Of a stretch of 64,000 nt of DNA, positions 9,101 to 19,620 are shown one piece after another. A program made the position numbers and the translations under genes. The notes under the pieces were generated by a model that saw only the letters and a list, made by a program, of their open reading frames with translations, did no database searches and was not told the DNA's origin. The stretch is from Bryobacterales bacterium. GTDB taxonomy: Bacteria; Acidobacteriota; Terriglobia; Bryobacterales; UBA6623. The stretch spans positions 1,024,001-1,088,000 of the forward strand of contig OY729428.2 in NCBI GenBank assembly GCA_963422375.2, written 5' to 3'. How positions within the stretch are numbered: position 1 is the stretch's first letter; each line of letters starts with the position of its first letter.

Positions 9101-11647
9101 GTGCAGACGATTCTCCGCATCGCCGTGATGTCCTGCATCTTGCTGGAGGGCGGTTACGGCCAACCGCCCTCCATCAGCTTCGAGCGGGACGTTCTCCCGA
9201 TCATCCGGGAACGGTGCGGCGGGTGCCACAGCGAGGCCACCAGATCGGGCGGCCTGCGACTCGACGGACGCGACCACGCGTTGCTCGGGGGGAACTCCGG
9301 CGCGGCCATCAAGCCCGGCCTTGGCGCCGAGAGCCTACTCGTCAGGATGCTCGCCGCGGAGGCGGGTGACAGGCCGTCGATGCCGCTGGGATCGAATCCC
9401 CTCCCAGCGTTTCAAATCGCACTGATCAAGTCGTGGATCGACCAAGGCGCGATCTGGCCCGTGGCCGCGGCGTCCGGCGGAGGCGGAAGCCGACACTGGT
9501 CTCTCGAGCGGCCCGAGCGGCCGCCCGTCCCCCGGGTTCGCGACGAGACCCGGGTCCGCAACCCGATCGACTCATTCGTCGCGGCCCGCCTAGACGCTGC
9601 TGGCATTACCCCTGCGCCGGAAGCGCCGCCGCACGTGCTGCTGCGACGGCTGAGCCTCGACCTGACCGGCATCCCGCCGGGCCCGGACGAGACCGCCCGC
9701 TTCAAAGCAGGCGCCGAGAGCTACCAGCAAGCAGTGGAGCGGCTGCTCGCGTCCCCGCACAGCGGCGAAACGCAGGCGCTGCACTGGCTGGACCAAGCCC
9801 GCTTCGGCGAGAGCGACGGCTACCAAGCCGACTACATCCGGCCATTCGCGTGGCGCTGGCGCCACTGGGTGATCGACGCATTCAACCGCAACATCGGATT
9901 CGACCGCTTCACCCTGGAGCAGATCGCCGGCGACCTGCTCCAGGGCGCGACAGTCGAGCAGCACGTCGCCACGGGCTTCCACCGCAACGCCCTGCACAAT
10001 CGCGAGGGCGGGTTCCCTATCGAGATGGACCGCGTGGAGAGAACGGTCGAGCGCACCAGCGCGGTGGGAACGGTGTGGCTTGGCCTGACCGTCGGCTGCG
10101 CCCGCTGCCACGACCACAAGTTCGATCCGATCAGCCAGAGGGACTTCTACGGGCTGTACGCCTTCTTCAACACGGCGACCGAGACCGACATTGACGCGCC
10201 CCTGCCGGGCGAGCGAGGCCCGTACGAGAGGCGCCGCCCGGAATTCGAGAGACGGCGCGCGGAGCTCTTCGCGCGCTATAGCATTCCCGAGCTGCAGGCC
10301 TACTGGGAGAGCCGGATCCTCGAGTCGGCCACCAATCCGGATTCCGAACTGGAACCGATCTGGAAAGTCCTGTGGGACCTGCTCCTGTTCGAGCTGGACG
10401 GCGGGACGGAGACCGTCCGCACGCCGGTTGAGCGGCGGAGTCCCAAGCAAGTCGACCGGCTCTCCGGCTACTTCGCGAGAAGCGTAGTCGGGGGCTACGA
10501 CTTCCAAACGCCTCCGGGCTACAAGGACGTCGACTTCCCCGCGCTGAGAAAGGCCTTCAAGGACCTGGAGGCGGAGTACCCTGGCCTGACGCAGGCCTAC
10601 GCGATGGCCGACAGCCCCGTCCCCCGGCAGACCCGGATCTTGGTAGGAGGGGACTACCGCCAGCCCGGGCTTCCAGTGGAGCCGGCGGGGCCGGCCGCGC
10701 TGCCCCCGCTGCAGGCGCGCGAACCGACCCGCCTCGACCTAGCGTGCTGGCTGGTGTCGCCTGAAAACCCGCTCACCGCGCGAGTGACGGTCAACCGCGT
10801 CTGGCAGCAGTACTTCGGATCCGGATTGGTCACGACACCGGAGGACTTCGGGACCCGCGGTAGCCGTCCGAGCCACCCGCAGCTGCTCGACTGGCTCGCG
10901 GTGGAGTTCGTCGAGAGCGGGTGGGACCTCGACGCACTACAACGCCTGATCGTGACCTCGGCCACCTACCGGCAGTCCTCCGACATCCGCCCGGACTTGG
11001 CGCGGATCGACCCCGGTAACCGCCTGCTGGCCCGCCAGAGCCGCCTCCGCCTGCCAGCGGAGTCGATTCGCGACAGCGCGCTCGCGGCAGCCGGACTGCT
11101 GGACCGGCGCATCGGCGGCCCGAGCGTGCGGCCGTACCTCCCGGAAGGTGCCACCGAAATCGGATTCGGCAATTTCGTGCAATGGCCGCAGAGCGCCGGA
11201 GCCGACAATTACCGGCGCGGCCTCTACATATTCCGGCAGCGCACGCTTCCCTATCCGCAACTCGAGACGTTCGACGCCCCGGACAGCGCCCAAGTCGCCT
11301 GCAAGCGCGACCGCTCGACGACTCCGCTCCAGGCGCTGACCCTGCTGAACGATCCGGTCTTCGCCGAGGCCGCCGGCGCGCTGGCCAAGCGCGTGGCGCA
11401 AGAGACCGAATCCGGACCCGGAGATCGCGTCCGGCACCTCTTCCGCCTCTGCCTCGCACGGAACCCAAGCGCCGAGGAGGAGAGCCGGCTGCTTGCATAC
11501 TACCGCCAGCAGCGCCGGATCCTAGAGAGCGAGGCCGACGCTGCGCGCTCGGACCAGGCTCCCGGCGGTGCCGGCTTGGAGACATCCGCTTGGACCGCCG
11601 TCGCTAGCGTTCTGCTGAATCTGGCGGAGTTCCTCACGCGGGCGTGA
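9101..11647 (+). CDS. PSD1 / planctomycete cytochrome c domain protein (DUF1549 + DUF1553)
   Basis: N-terminal SFERDVLPII..RCGGCH; NPIDSF, LLRRLSLDLTG, CARCHDHKFDPISQRDFY, NPLTARVTVNRVW, SHPQLLDWLA, STTPLQALTLLN. Confidence 0.95.
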   Translation: MQTILRIAVMSCILLEGGYGQPPSISFERDVLPIIRERCGGCHSEATRSGGLRLDGRDHALLGGNSGAAIKPGLGAESLLVRMLAAEAGDRPSMPLGSNPLPAFQIALIKSWIDQGAIWPVAAASGGGGSRHWSLERPERPPVPRVRDETRVRNPIDSFVAARLDAAGITPAPEAPPHVLLRRLSLDLTGIPPGPDETARFKAGAESYQQAVERLLASPHSGETQALHWLDQARFGESDGYQADYIRPFAWRWRHWVIDAFNRNIGFDRFTLEQIAGDLLQGATVEQHVATGFHRNALHNREGGFPIEMDRVERTVERTSAVGTVWLGLTVGCARCHDHKFDPISQRDFYGLYAFFNTATETDIDAPLPGERGPYERRRPEFERRRAELFARYSIPELQAYWESRILESATNPDSELEPIWKVLWDLLLFELDGGTETVRTPVERRSPKQVDRLSGYFARSVVGGYDFQTPPGYKDVDFPALRKAFKDLEAEYPGLTQAYAMADSPVPRQTRILVGGDYRQPGLPVEPAGPAALPPLQAREPTRLDLACWLVSPENPLTARVTVNRVWQQYFGSGLVTTPEDFGTRGSRPSHPQLLDWLAVEFVESGWDLDALQRLIVTSATYRQSSDIRPDLARIDPGNRLLARQSRLRLPAESIRDSALAAAGLLDRRIGGPSVRPYLPEGATEIGFGNFVQWPQSAGADNYRRGLYIFRQRTLPYPQLETFDAPDSAQVACKRDRSTTPLQALTLLNDPVFAEAAGALAKRVAQETESGPGDRVRHLFRLCLARNPSAEEESRLLAYYRQQRRILESEADAARSDQAPGGAGLETSAWTAVASVLLNLAEFLTRA

Positions 11648-11690
11648 ACGGGACCCTCGGCGGGGCCGCGGGTAAGCTGGTACGCGAACG

Positions 11691-13148
11691 GTGAAGGTCC
11701 CCCAGCAATCGTCGTCAAGCTGTCCGGGTTCGACCGCAGCGATTCCGAGCCGCCGACGCTTTCTAGCGGACTCCGCCTGCGGCCTCGGCGCCATCGCCCT
11801 CGGCCAGCTGCTCGCGGAAGACGGCCTGCTCGCGACGGCGGAGGACCCGCTGCTGCCGCGCCCGCCGCACTTCGGCGCGACCGCGAGAAACGTGATCTTC
11901 CTGTTTCAGGCGGGCGGGCCCAGCCAGCTCGACCTGCTCGACCACAAGCCCTCGATGCGCCGCTGGGACGGGCAGCCCCTACCAGAGTCCCGCGCCGCCG
12001 GCCTCGAGCTCGCCTTCATCCGGCCCGACGCCAGGATCTGGGCGAGCCCGCGCCCCTTCCGACGCTTCGGGGAGAGCGGACTGGAATTCTCCGATCTCCT
12101 GCCCCGCACGGCCCGTCTCGCCGACGACCTCTGCGTGGTGCGGTCCGTGACGACCGACCAGATCAACCATCACACCGGCCAGCTGATGATGGCTTGCGGC
12201 ACTCCGTTCGTCGGACATCCCTCGATGGGCTCGTGGGTCACCTACGGGCTCGGAAGCGAATCGCGCGACCTGCCCGGGTTCGTCGTCCTGAATTCCGGCA
12301 GCGGGGCCGACGCCGGCAGCGGCATCTGGTCAAGCGGCTTCCTGCCGTCCGGCTACCAGGGCGTGCCGTTCCGCAGCAAGGGGGACCCGGTGCTGCACCT
12401 GTCGAGCCCGCCGGGGTACAGCCGGACCTCGCAGCGGGCCCGGCTCGACGCGCTCCGCGATCTAAACGAGATGCAGCTGGCCGAGAGCGGCGATCCGGAG
12501 GTCGCCGCGCGCATCGCGTCGTACGAGCTCGCCTATCGGATGCAGGCAGCCGCGCCGGAGCTGCTCGACTTCTCCGCCGAGTCCCGATCAACCCTCGAGG
12601 CCTACGGCGTGGAGGAGAAGGAAACCGCGCAGTTCGGCCGGAGCTGCCTGCTGGCCAGGCGCATGGTCGAGCGCGGCGTGCGCTTCGTGCAGATCGTGCA
12701 TGCGAGCTGGGACCACCATGCCGAGCTCGAGAAGGGCATCGAGAAGGAGTGCCGGGCGACCGACGGGCCGGCGGCCGCCCTCGTAGCCGATTTGAAACGT
12801 CGCGGCCTCCTAGACTCCACGCTGGTCGTCTGGGGCGGCGAGTTCGGACGTACCCCCATGGTCGAGGACCGCACCCCGAGCCGCACGGCGAGCCGCGGAC
12901 GGGACCACCACCGGCTGGCCTTCAGCATGTGGATGGCCGGCGGAGGCATACGGTCCGGGCAGTCGATCGGACGGACTGACGACCTCGGTCTCGAGGTCGT
13001 CGAGGATCCGATCGGGGTGAACGATCTTCAGGCGACAATCCTGCACTGCCTCGGCCTGGACCACACCAAGCTGACGTTCCGGCACCAAGGCCGCGACTTC
13101 CGCTTGACCGACGTCCGCGGCAACGTGATGAAAGAGCTCCTGGCCTAG
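11691..13148 (+). CDS. DUF1501 domain protein (alkaline phosphatase/sulfatase-like, Tat-exported)
   Basis: SRRRFL Tat motif; FLFQAGGPSQLD, PSMGSWVTYGLG, LLARRMVERGVRFVQ, WDHH, GEFGRTP, GRDHH, GRDFRLTDV; follows the DUF1553 gene. Confidence 0.95.
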   Translation: MKVPQQSSSSCPGSTAAIPSRRRFLADSACGLGAIALGQLLAEDGLLATAEDPLLPRPPHFGATARNVIFLFQAGGPSQLDLLDHKPSMRRWDGQPLPESRAAGLELAFIRPDARIWASPRPFRRFGESGLEFSDLLPRTARLADDLCVVRSVTTDQINHHTGQLMMACGTPFVGHPSMGSWVTYGLGSESRDLPGFVVLNSGSGADAGSGIWSSGFLPSGYQGVPFRSKGDPVLHLSSPPGYSRTSQRARLDALRDLNEMQLAESGDPEVAARIASYELAYRMQAAAPELLDFSAESRSTLEAYGVEEKETAQFGRSCLLARRMVERGVRFVQIVHASWDHHAELEKGIEKECRATDGPAAALVADLKRRGLLDSTLVVWGGEFGRTPMVEDRTPSRTASRGRDHHRLAFSMWMAGGGIRSGQSIGRTDDLGLEVVEDPIGVNDLQATILHCLGLDHTKLTFRHQGRDFRLTDVRGNVMKELLA

Positions 13149-13223
13149 ATGCGGCCTGGACCGGCTTCCGGGGCTGGCCCGTACACTACAGGAGAACCTC
13201 GGCCGGACGGCCGCGGACTCTCG

Positions 13224-15032
13224 ATGCTCCGCCTGTCGGCGCGCTCGGCCGCCTTGGCTCTGGCGCTTTGCGTCGCGACGCCGGTCCGTCCCGACACCGC
13301 AGCGACCGTCCGCCGGATCTGGCACGGACAAGGCGTGAACCTCTGGGGGGCTCCGTCCCCCGACGGCCGCTGGCTTTCCTTCGTAGACGCCGCCACCGGC
13401 GATCTCGCCCTCCGCCGCGCCGACGGGGGCTCGCCGGCGCCGGTCGCCCGGCTGACAGCGGCCGGAGCGGGCGAGTTCGGCTATTTCTCGGTGTTCGACC
13501 GCGCGGGGGAGCGGGTGGCCTTCGCCTGGTTCAATTCCGCGGGCCACTACGATCTGAGGATCGCGCCGGCGGATCCCGAGGCAGCCGGACCTGCCCTGAC
13601 GTCGGTTCTGTTCAGCAATCCCGAAGTGCGCTTCGTGCAGCCCTGCGCCTGGTCCGCCGACGGCGGGAGCGTGCTGGCCCTCTTCTTCCGCGAGGACAAC
13701 AGCAGCCAGATCGCCCTCGTGGACGCCGAGACAGGGGCGGTCACGCCACTGCGGTCGCTGCACTGGATCTACCCCAAGCGCATGGACCTCTCGCCGGACG
13801 GACGCTTCGTCGTGTACGACAATCTCTCCGCGCCCGACGGCGCCGAACGGGACCTGTACCTCCTGCGCGCGGACGGCTCGGACGAGCGCCGGCTGCTGGC
13901 AGGCGGGGCGAACGACGAGTCGCCGGTCTGGTCCCACGACGGAGGGACGATCTGGTTCGTTAGCGACAGGGACGGCAGCCCGGGGATCTGGTCGGTCGAG
14001 ATAAGGGAGGGGGAGGTCACCGCGCCGCCGCGCCGAAGGTCGACCAGCCTGCCGCGCGTGCTGCTGATGGGTGCCACGCGGGCGGGCGGAGTGTTCTTCG
14101 GCAAGCGCGCCGGCACGTCGCGCCTGTACGCGCAAGGGTGGGATCCGGCAGCGGGGTGGCCTTCATCCGGTCCCGAGCCGATGGAAGCCGAGGCACCGGT
14201 CTCCGACCGCTCGCTCCCGGTCTTCTCCCCCGACGGGGAGTTCCTGGCGTTCCTGGCGCGGGTCGGCACCGAGAACCAAGGCCGCGGCCACCGGAGCATC
14301 GTCCTGCAGTCTCTGCGGAACGGAGCGAGCGCCGCAATCCAGGCCCGCCTGACATTCGTGCGAGCCATGCAGTTCTCGCCCGACGGCCGCTCGCTGCTCC
14401 TTGCGGGAAGCGACCGGAGGGGGCGCGCCGGCCTGTTCCTCCACGACCGGCGCACCGAGCGGACGCGACCGGTCGCGCTCGCGGGCGGCCCGGACGTCGA
14501 GGGCATCCCGGGGATCTTCGGACGTTCCGGGAGATCCGCCATTCTGGTCCTGCCGGATTCGGACGGCATGGCCCCCTCGCTCGTCGAGCGGCCCCTGTCG
14601 GCCGACGGGTCCGACCGGCGGATCGCCCCGATTCCCGCGGGGACGCGAACTCTCGCTCTGGCAGCCTCTCCGGACGGGGGTCGCGTGGCTGTCGCCTGGA
14701 GCCGCGGGGAGACCGCCCCCCGCGCCACGGTGGCCGTGGTCGATTCCGACGGCGGGCCGGCCGAGCCGATCCTCGAGCTGCCGGGAGGAGCCCTCGACGC
14801 GCTGGCCTGGGCTCCCGGCGGCTCCCGCCTGCTCGTCGGCACGGAGAGCAAGGACGGCGCCCGGCTCTGGCTGATCTCGGCATCCGGCGAGACCATGCGG
14901 GAGATTCCGTCGCGGCAGGACCGCCTGCCGGGGATCGGCTTCTCGCCGGACGGGAAGTGGCTGGCGTACGCCGCGGGCCGGACCCGGCAGGAGGTTTGGG
15001 TCCTGGAGAGCGATGCAGCGCCCGCTCCGTAG
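13224..15032 (+). CDS. Secreted TolB-like (PD40/WD40) beta-propeller protein
   Basis: Many SPDG/WSxDG/FSPDG blade motifs over ~600 aa; signal peptide after ATG 13224 (ORF open from 13149). Confidence 0.85.
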   Translation: MLRLSARSAALALALCVATPVRPDTAATVRRIWHGQGVNLWGAPSPDGRWLSFVDAATGDLALRRADGGSPAPVARLTAAGAGEFGYFSVFDRAGERVAFAWFNSAGHYDLRIAPADPEAAGPALTSVLFSNPEVRFVQPCAWSADGGSVLALFFREDNSSQIALVDAETGAVTPLRSLHWIYPKRMDLSPDGRFVVYDNLSAPDGAERDLYLLRADGSDERRLLAGGANDESPVWSHDGGTIWFVSDRDGSPGIWSVEIREGEVTAPPRRRSTSLPRVLLMGATRAGGVFFGKRAGTSRLYAQGWDPAAGWPSSGPEPMEAEAPVSDRSLPVFSPDGEFLAFLARVGTENQGRGHRSIVLQSLRNGASAAIQARLTFVRAMQFSPDGRSLLLAGSDRRGRAGLFLHDRRTERTRPVALAGGPDVEGIPGIFGRSGRSAILVLPDSDGMAPSLVERPLSADGSDRRIAPIPAGTRTLALAASPDGGRVAVAWSRGETAPRATVAVVDSDGGPAEPILELPGGALDALAWAPGGSRLLVGTESKDGARLWLISASGETMREIPSRQDRLPGIGFSPDGKWLAYAAGRTRQEVWVLESDAAPAP

Positions 15033-16011
15033 GAAGGCGCTCCTCGCCGCCCTGCCGGCAGCGACCCTGCTAGCCGGCTCGCCCTGCCAGGGCCAGCCGC
15101 TGGAGCCCCTGCTCGGCCTCGACGCCTACATGGCGGTGCCGCCCGAAAACCCTCTCGGCAAGGAGCGGGTCGCGCTCGGACGGCGCCTCTTCTTCGACGA
15201 GCGGCTCTCGGCCGACCGCTCGCTCTCGTGCGCGACCTGCCACGAGCCCGAGCGCGCTTTCACGGACTCCCGCCCGGTCGCGGTGGGGGTCTTCGGGCGC
15301 AAGGGCGCCCGCAGGGTGCCCAAGCTGGTGAATCGGGGCTTCGGCACGAGCTTCTTCTGGGACGGGCGGGACGAGACCCTCGAGGAGCAGGTCTTCAAGC
15401 CGATCCTGAATCCACTGGAGATGGCGCTGACGGAAGACGCCGCCGTCGAGCGGGTGCGGAGCGACCCCGGGTACGCCCGGGCGTTCCGCTCGGCTTTCGG
15501 CTCCGAGCCGGACCGGCGCACGATCGCCTTCGCCCTCGCGAGCTTCGTCCGCACCATTCGCAGCGGCTCCTCACCGTACGACCGGCACATGGCCGGACAG
15601 GCAGGCGCCCTCGCTCCCCGCCAGCGCAGCGGGCTGCGGATCTTCCGGGGGAAGGCGAATTGCGGCGCCTGCCACGTCGGGCCCAACCTGACGGACGAGG
15701 GCTTCCACAACACGGGCGTCGGGTGGGGAGAGGCCGAGGCCGACGAGGGCCGCTACGCGGTCACCGGCCGCGCCGCCGACCGAGGCGCCTTCAAGACGCC
15801 CACCCTGCGCGAAGCGGCCGGGACGGGACCCTACATGCACGACGGCAGCCTGGCCACGCTGAGCGAGGTCGTCGATTTCTACGACGAGGGCGGCAGGCCC
15901 AACCCCTATCTCGACCCGGAGATCGCTCCGCTGGGATTGACGGACGCGGAGAAGGCGGACCTGCTGGAATTCCTGCGGTCCCTGAGCGGAAGGGTCGCGA
16001 CGGGCCTCTAG
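15013..16011 (+). CDS. Di-heme cytochrome c peroxidase, MauG/MbnH-type
   Basis: LGRRLFFDERLS, CATCH, FFWDGR, CGACH, FKTPTLR, PYMHDGS...VVDFY; signal peptide; overlaps the upstream gene by 20 nt. Confidence 0.93.
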   Translation: MQRPLRRKALLAALPAATLLAGSPCQGQPLEPLLGLDAYMAVPPENPLGKERVALGRRLFFDERLSADRSLSCATCHEPERAFTDSRPVAVGVFGRKGARRVPKLVNRGFGTSFFWDGRDETLEEQVFKPILNPLEMALTEDAAVERVRSDPGYARAFRSAFGSEPDRRTIAFALASFVRTIRSGSSPYDRHMAGQAGALAPRQRSGLRIFRGKANCGACHVGPNLTDEGFHNTGVGWGEAEADEGRYAVTGRAADRGAFKTPTLREAAGTGPYMHDGSLATLSEVVDFYDEGGRPNPYLDPEIAPLGLTDAEKADLLEFLRSLSGRVATGL

Positions 16012-16041
16012 CGAGACCCGTCGCGACCCGAGCGACTCGCG

Positions 16042-19000
16042 CTACCAGATCAGCCGCAGGCTGTACTGCATCTCGCGCCCGGAATGGGTCCGCAACTGGC
16101 TGCGCACCTGACCGAACGTCCCCGAATTCACGTCCGTGCTCGGGTTCGCTCCCATGAAGCTGTTGGTCAGGTTGTAGCCCTCCATGCGGATTTCGACGTC
16201 AAGGGCCTCGGTGACCGCTACGGTCTTCATCAGAGTGAGGTCGAGGTTGGAGAAGAACGGCCCGCGCACGCCGTCGTACGACCACGGGTTGGAGCGCCTG
16301 GTGAATGCCGGGAGGTTGGAGAAGGCCGACGTGTCGAACATCCGCTCGTGGGTCGGATTGGAAACCTTGGGATTCCCGCTCACCTCCATGCCGCCGAAGC
16401 GCAGGACCTGCCCGCTCCAGTACTGGTAGATGCCCGTCACCTGCCAGCCTCCGATCACCTTGTCCAGGGACGAGGGCATGTCGCCCCCGATCTTGCGCTG
16501 CCGCCCCACCGGCAGCTCGTAGACGCCGCTGAGAGTGAGCTTGTGCCCGGTCTCGGGATCCTCCTGGTAGGTCAGCCGGCGGTCGAACGCGTCGACGGCG
16601 TCGTAGAACTCCTGGTTCCGAGCGGAATTCCAGTTGTAGCCGAGCAGGAAGTTGAAGCCGTTCGCGAACGGCCGCTGGATTTTGAGCTGGAGCGCCCGGT
16701 AGCGCTCGGAGCGGATGCCGGCGGCGCGCATCCAGATGTCGAAGTAGTGCGGGTAGGGCCGGATGAGCTGGGAGACCGAAACCGTGCGCCTGTTGCGCAG
16801 CGCGCCCGGCATCGCCGACTCGGGCACCCCGTAGAACGGGTTGGGAACGTTCCGGCTCACGGCCGAGCCGTGCGAGTACGAAATCCGCGGGTCCGCGAGG
16901 TTGAGCGGGAGGTTCTCCGCATGGTTCCTGCCGAAGTTCATGAACAGAGTGGCGTCGACCACGAACCGGTTCCAGGTCTCTCGCTGGAGGGTGAGGTTGA
17001 TCCGGTCGTTCATGCCGGCCTGCCAGTTCTGGTTGAAGAAGATGGACTCGCCGCTGCCGACGGTGGAGTAGATGCCGTAGCGCTTGCCGGGCGGCTCCAC
17101 GAGCGGGTTGGGATGCTCGCCGCCGGAGGGGAACGGATTGGCCAGATAGGACCTCGGCACTCCCTCGGCGGGCCGCAGCGGCACGGTCTGCGCGCTGAAG
17201 CCGGGATAAGGGGTGCTCCCGAGGATGCCCAGGGAGTCCTTTTCTTGGATCGGAGGCACGGCGTAGCGGGCGTAGCCGATGCGCAGGGCCGTCTTGTCGT
17301 TGACCCGGTAGGCAATTCCGATGCGGGGCAGGATCACGTTCTGCTGCGCGTTCCAGGAATACGGGTTGTCCCTGTCGGTGAAGTGCCAGGCTCCGGCGAG
17401 GCTCACCGGCCCGTTGCGGATCTGCAGGGCTTCGGCTGGGAAGGTGCCGACGGCCGCCTCGAGCTCGGGCAGGTTCTGGTCCAGGTCGATGTAGCGTGAA
17501 AGACGGTACTCCGGATCCCTCATCGGCAATTCGTATTCGTACCGCAGGCCCAGGTTCATCGTGACGCGGGGCGTGATTTTGAAGTCGTCATGCACGTAGA
17601 AGCCGTAGACGTCGACTCGCGGCCGGTTGGTCGGCACCGTCCGGACGCGCCCGTTGTTGAGAGCCCCGAGCATCATCGAGGCCCAGGCGTGGCCCACCTG
17701 GCCGGTGTTCGGACTGAAGATGGTGTCGGCTGTCTCGTGGGGCTGGAAGCGGAAGAACATCCCGCGAGGCCGGCCGGCGTCCACGCGCTGCGCCCTGTAC
17801 TGGTGCCCGACCTTGATGTAGTGGCGCCCCACGTTCTTGGCCAGCTTGACGTCCCAGTTCCAAGTGCGCGGCTCCTGGTACCAGAAGCCCGAACGCCCGA
17901 ATCGCGCGCGTGTGTCGGCTCGCACGTCGAGTTCGGGGAAGTACACCTCGGGGATGTCGCGGATGTGCGAGGAGTACCACGTGTTGCCCGGCCACAGCCG
18001 CTCCAGCCCCTCCGCGCCGATGATCGTCTCGGGGGTGTAGTACGAGTCGGTGATCTTGGAATAGGAAGCCCGCACGTTGAACACCGTGGTCGGGCTGATG
18101 GTCCAGACGACGTCGCCGGAAGTCTGGACCGAGTTGCGCGCGCTGCCCTGCCGCCGCTGCATGATCGATCCGCCCGTGTAGTTGGGCTCGCTCTGGTCGG
18201 TCTTGAAGCGGCTGATCCGGTAGAACATCTTCAGCTTGTCGCTGATGTTCCAGTCGACGCGGTCCGAGAAGTTGTAGTACTTGAACGTGATGGGGAACGT
18301 GTAGCGGTAGTTGTTGGCGCCGCTCGGATTGTCCGGGGCCCGGTTCGGCTGCCAGATGTCCGTCATCATCGTCAACGCGGTGGCGTCGAGGTCCTGCGCG
18401 GGAATGCGGTTGTTGGCGAACGGCGTGCGGAACGCCTCGCGGTCGCCGGTGATCTGCGTGGTGCGGGGATCGAAGATCTGCCGCAGGCCGCCGCTCCGAT
18501 TGAAGCTCTGGGAGAAGTCGCCGCCCCGCTCCATCGAAGTCGGCAGCGCCATCGCAGTCGTGCTTGGCGAGCGCAGGTCCTGGCCCTCGTAGGCGAAGAA
18601 GTTGAAGACCTTGTTCCGTACCACGGGATGGCCGACGGTGGCGCCCCATACGTTGCGGCGCACAACGCTCTTCTGCGCCGACAGGGGGTTCGGGCGGGCG
18701 TTGAGAGCCGGATTGCGCCCGAAGAAGTAGGCCGACCCGTGGAACTCGTTCGTGCCGCTCTTCATCTGCACCGAGACGACGCCGCCGGCCGTGTGCCCGA
18801 ATTCCGAGTCGGTGGCGTTCTGCTGGACGTTGACCTCCGACACGGCGTCGACCGCCGGGACGTAGGTCCCCTTGGCTCCCACGAGCTGCGGGACGCCGTC
18901 GAGCAGGACGCTGTTCTTGAGGCCCGTGTTGCCCCCGACGTCGAGCTGGCTCGCCGCCCAGTGGTGGAACGGGCTGTTCTCGCGCCCGCCGCGGTAGTTG

Positions 19001-19506
19001 ACGGCGGGATCGAGTGTGGCGAGCAGGAAGGGGTTCCGATGGATGATGGGCAGCTCGTTCACCATCTTGGTGTCGAGGGTCGTCTCCATCGTGGTCGAGT
19101 TGAACTTCACGGCGACCGGCGTCTCGGACACCGTGACCGTCTCCGCAACCGCCCCGATCCGCAGCGCCGCGTTGACGCTGACGTCGGCGCGCGTCTGCAC
19201 CAGGATGTTCTGCTGGACGAACGACTGGAAGCCGTCGGACTCGACGCGCACCTCGTAGTTTCCTGGCAGGACGAAGTCGAAGGCGAACTGCCCCGCCTCG
19301 TTCGTCTCGCGGTCTACGGCGACCGCCGTGTTGACGTTCGTCAGCGCGACCTTCGCGGCGGGAATCACCGCGCCGGATTCGTCCGTGACGGTGCCCGACA
19401 CCCGCCCGCGCAATTCCTGCGAGTCCGCGGAATGGGGCGCGAGCCAAGCCGCCAGCATCGCGAGGGCCAGCCATGCCAGCCTCCTTCGCGACGATTCGTG
19501 AGTCAT
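16042..19506 (-). CDS. TonB-dependent receptor with N-terminal carboxypeptidase-regulatory-like domain (acidobacterial Oar-like)
   Basis: GTVTDESGAVIP, KSGTNEFHG, DDFKITPRVTMNLGLRYE, C-terminal REMQYSLRLIW; GGAGGT RBS upstream of ATG 19506. Confidence 0.95.
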   Translation of the reverse strand: MTHESSRRRLAWLALAMLAAWLAPHSADSQELRGRVSGTVTDESGAVIPAAKVALTNVNTAVAVDRETNEAGQFAFDFVLPGNYEVRVESDGFQSFVQQNILVQTRADVSVNAALRIGAVAETVTVSETPVAVKFNSTTMETTLDTKMVNELPIIHRNPFLLATLDPAVNYRGGRENSPFHHWAASQLDVGGNTGLKNSVLLDGVPQLVGAKGTYVPAVDAVSEVNVQQNATDSEFGHTAGGVVSVQMKSGTNEFHGSAYFFGRNPALNARPNPLSAQKSVVRRNVWGATVGHPVVRNKVFNFFAYEGQDLRSPSTTAMALPTSMERGGDFSQSFNRSGGLRQIFDPRTTQITGDREAFRTPFANNRIPAQDLDATALTMMTDIWQPNRAPDNPSGANNYRYTFPITFKYYNFSDRVDWNISDKLKMFYRISRFKTDQSEPNYTGGSIMQRRQGSARNSVQTSGDVVWTISPTTVFNVRASYSKITDSYYTPETIIGAEGLERLWPGNTWYSSHIRDIPEVYFPELDVRADTRARFGRSGFWYQEPRTWNWDVKLAKNVGRHYIKVGHQYRAQRVDAGRPRGMFFRFQPHETADTIFSPNTGQVGHAWASMMLGALNNGRVRTVPTNRPRVDVYGFYVHDDFKITPRVTMNLGLRYEYELPMRDPEYRLSRYIDLDQNLPELEAAVGTFPAEALQIRNGPVSLAGAWHFTDRDNPYSWNAQQNVILPRIGIAYRVNDKTALRIGYARYAVPPIQEKDSLGILGSTPYPGFSAQTVPLRPAEGVPRSYLANPFPSGGEHPNPLVEPPGKRYGIYSTVGSGESIFFNQNWQAGMNDRINLTLQRETWNRFVVDATLFMNFGRNHAENLPLNLADPRISYSHGSAVSRNVPNPFYGVPESAMPGALRNRRTVSVSQLIRPYPHYFDIWMRAAGIRSERYRALQLKIQRPFANGFNFLLGYNWNSARNQEFYDAVDAFDRRLTYQEDPETGHKLTLSGVYELPVGRQRKIGGDMPSSLDKVIGGWQVTGIYQYWSGQVLRFGGMEVSGNPKVSNPTHERMFDTSAFSNLPAFTRRSNPWSYDGVRGPFFSNLDLTLMKTVAVTEALDVEIRMEGYNLTNSFMGANPSTDVNSGTFGQVRSQLRTHSGREMQYSLRLIW

Positions 19507-19620
19507 CAGATACCTCCGTTCGCTGCGGGCGCGCGAACAAAGGAACCAGCCGCAACGGCAGGCAGACCCCTGCCCGTCGCCGCGAACGTGGCGCCCCAGA
19601 AACAACCCGCGCGTGCGAAA

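Noticed and set aside
1..16000. Apparent excess of CTAG tetramers
   Set aside because: A rough hand count is not above the composition-based expectation; at most a weak lack of the usual depletion.
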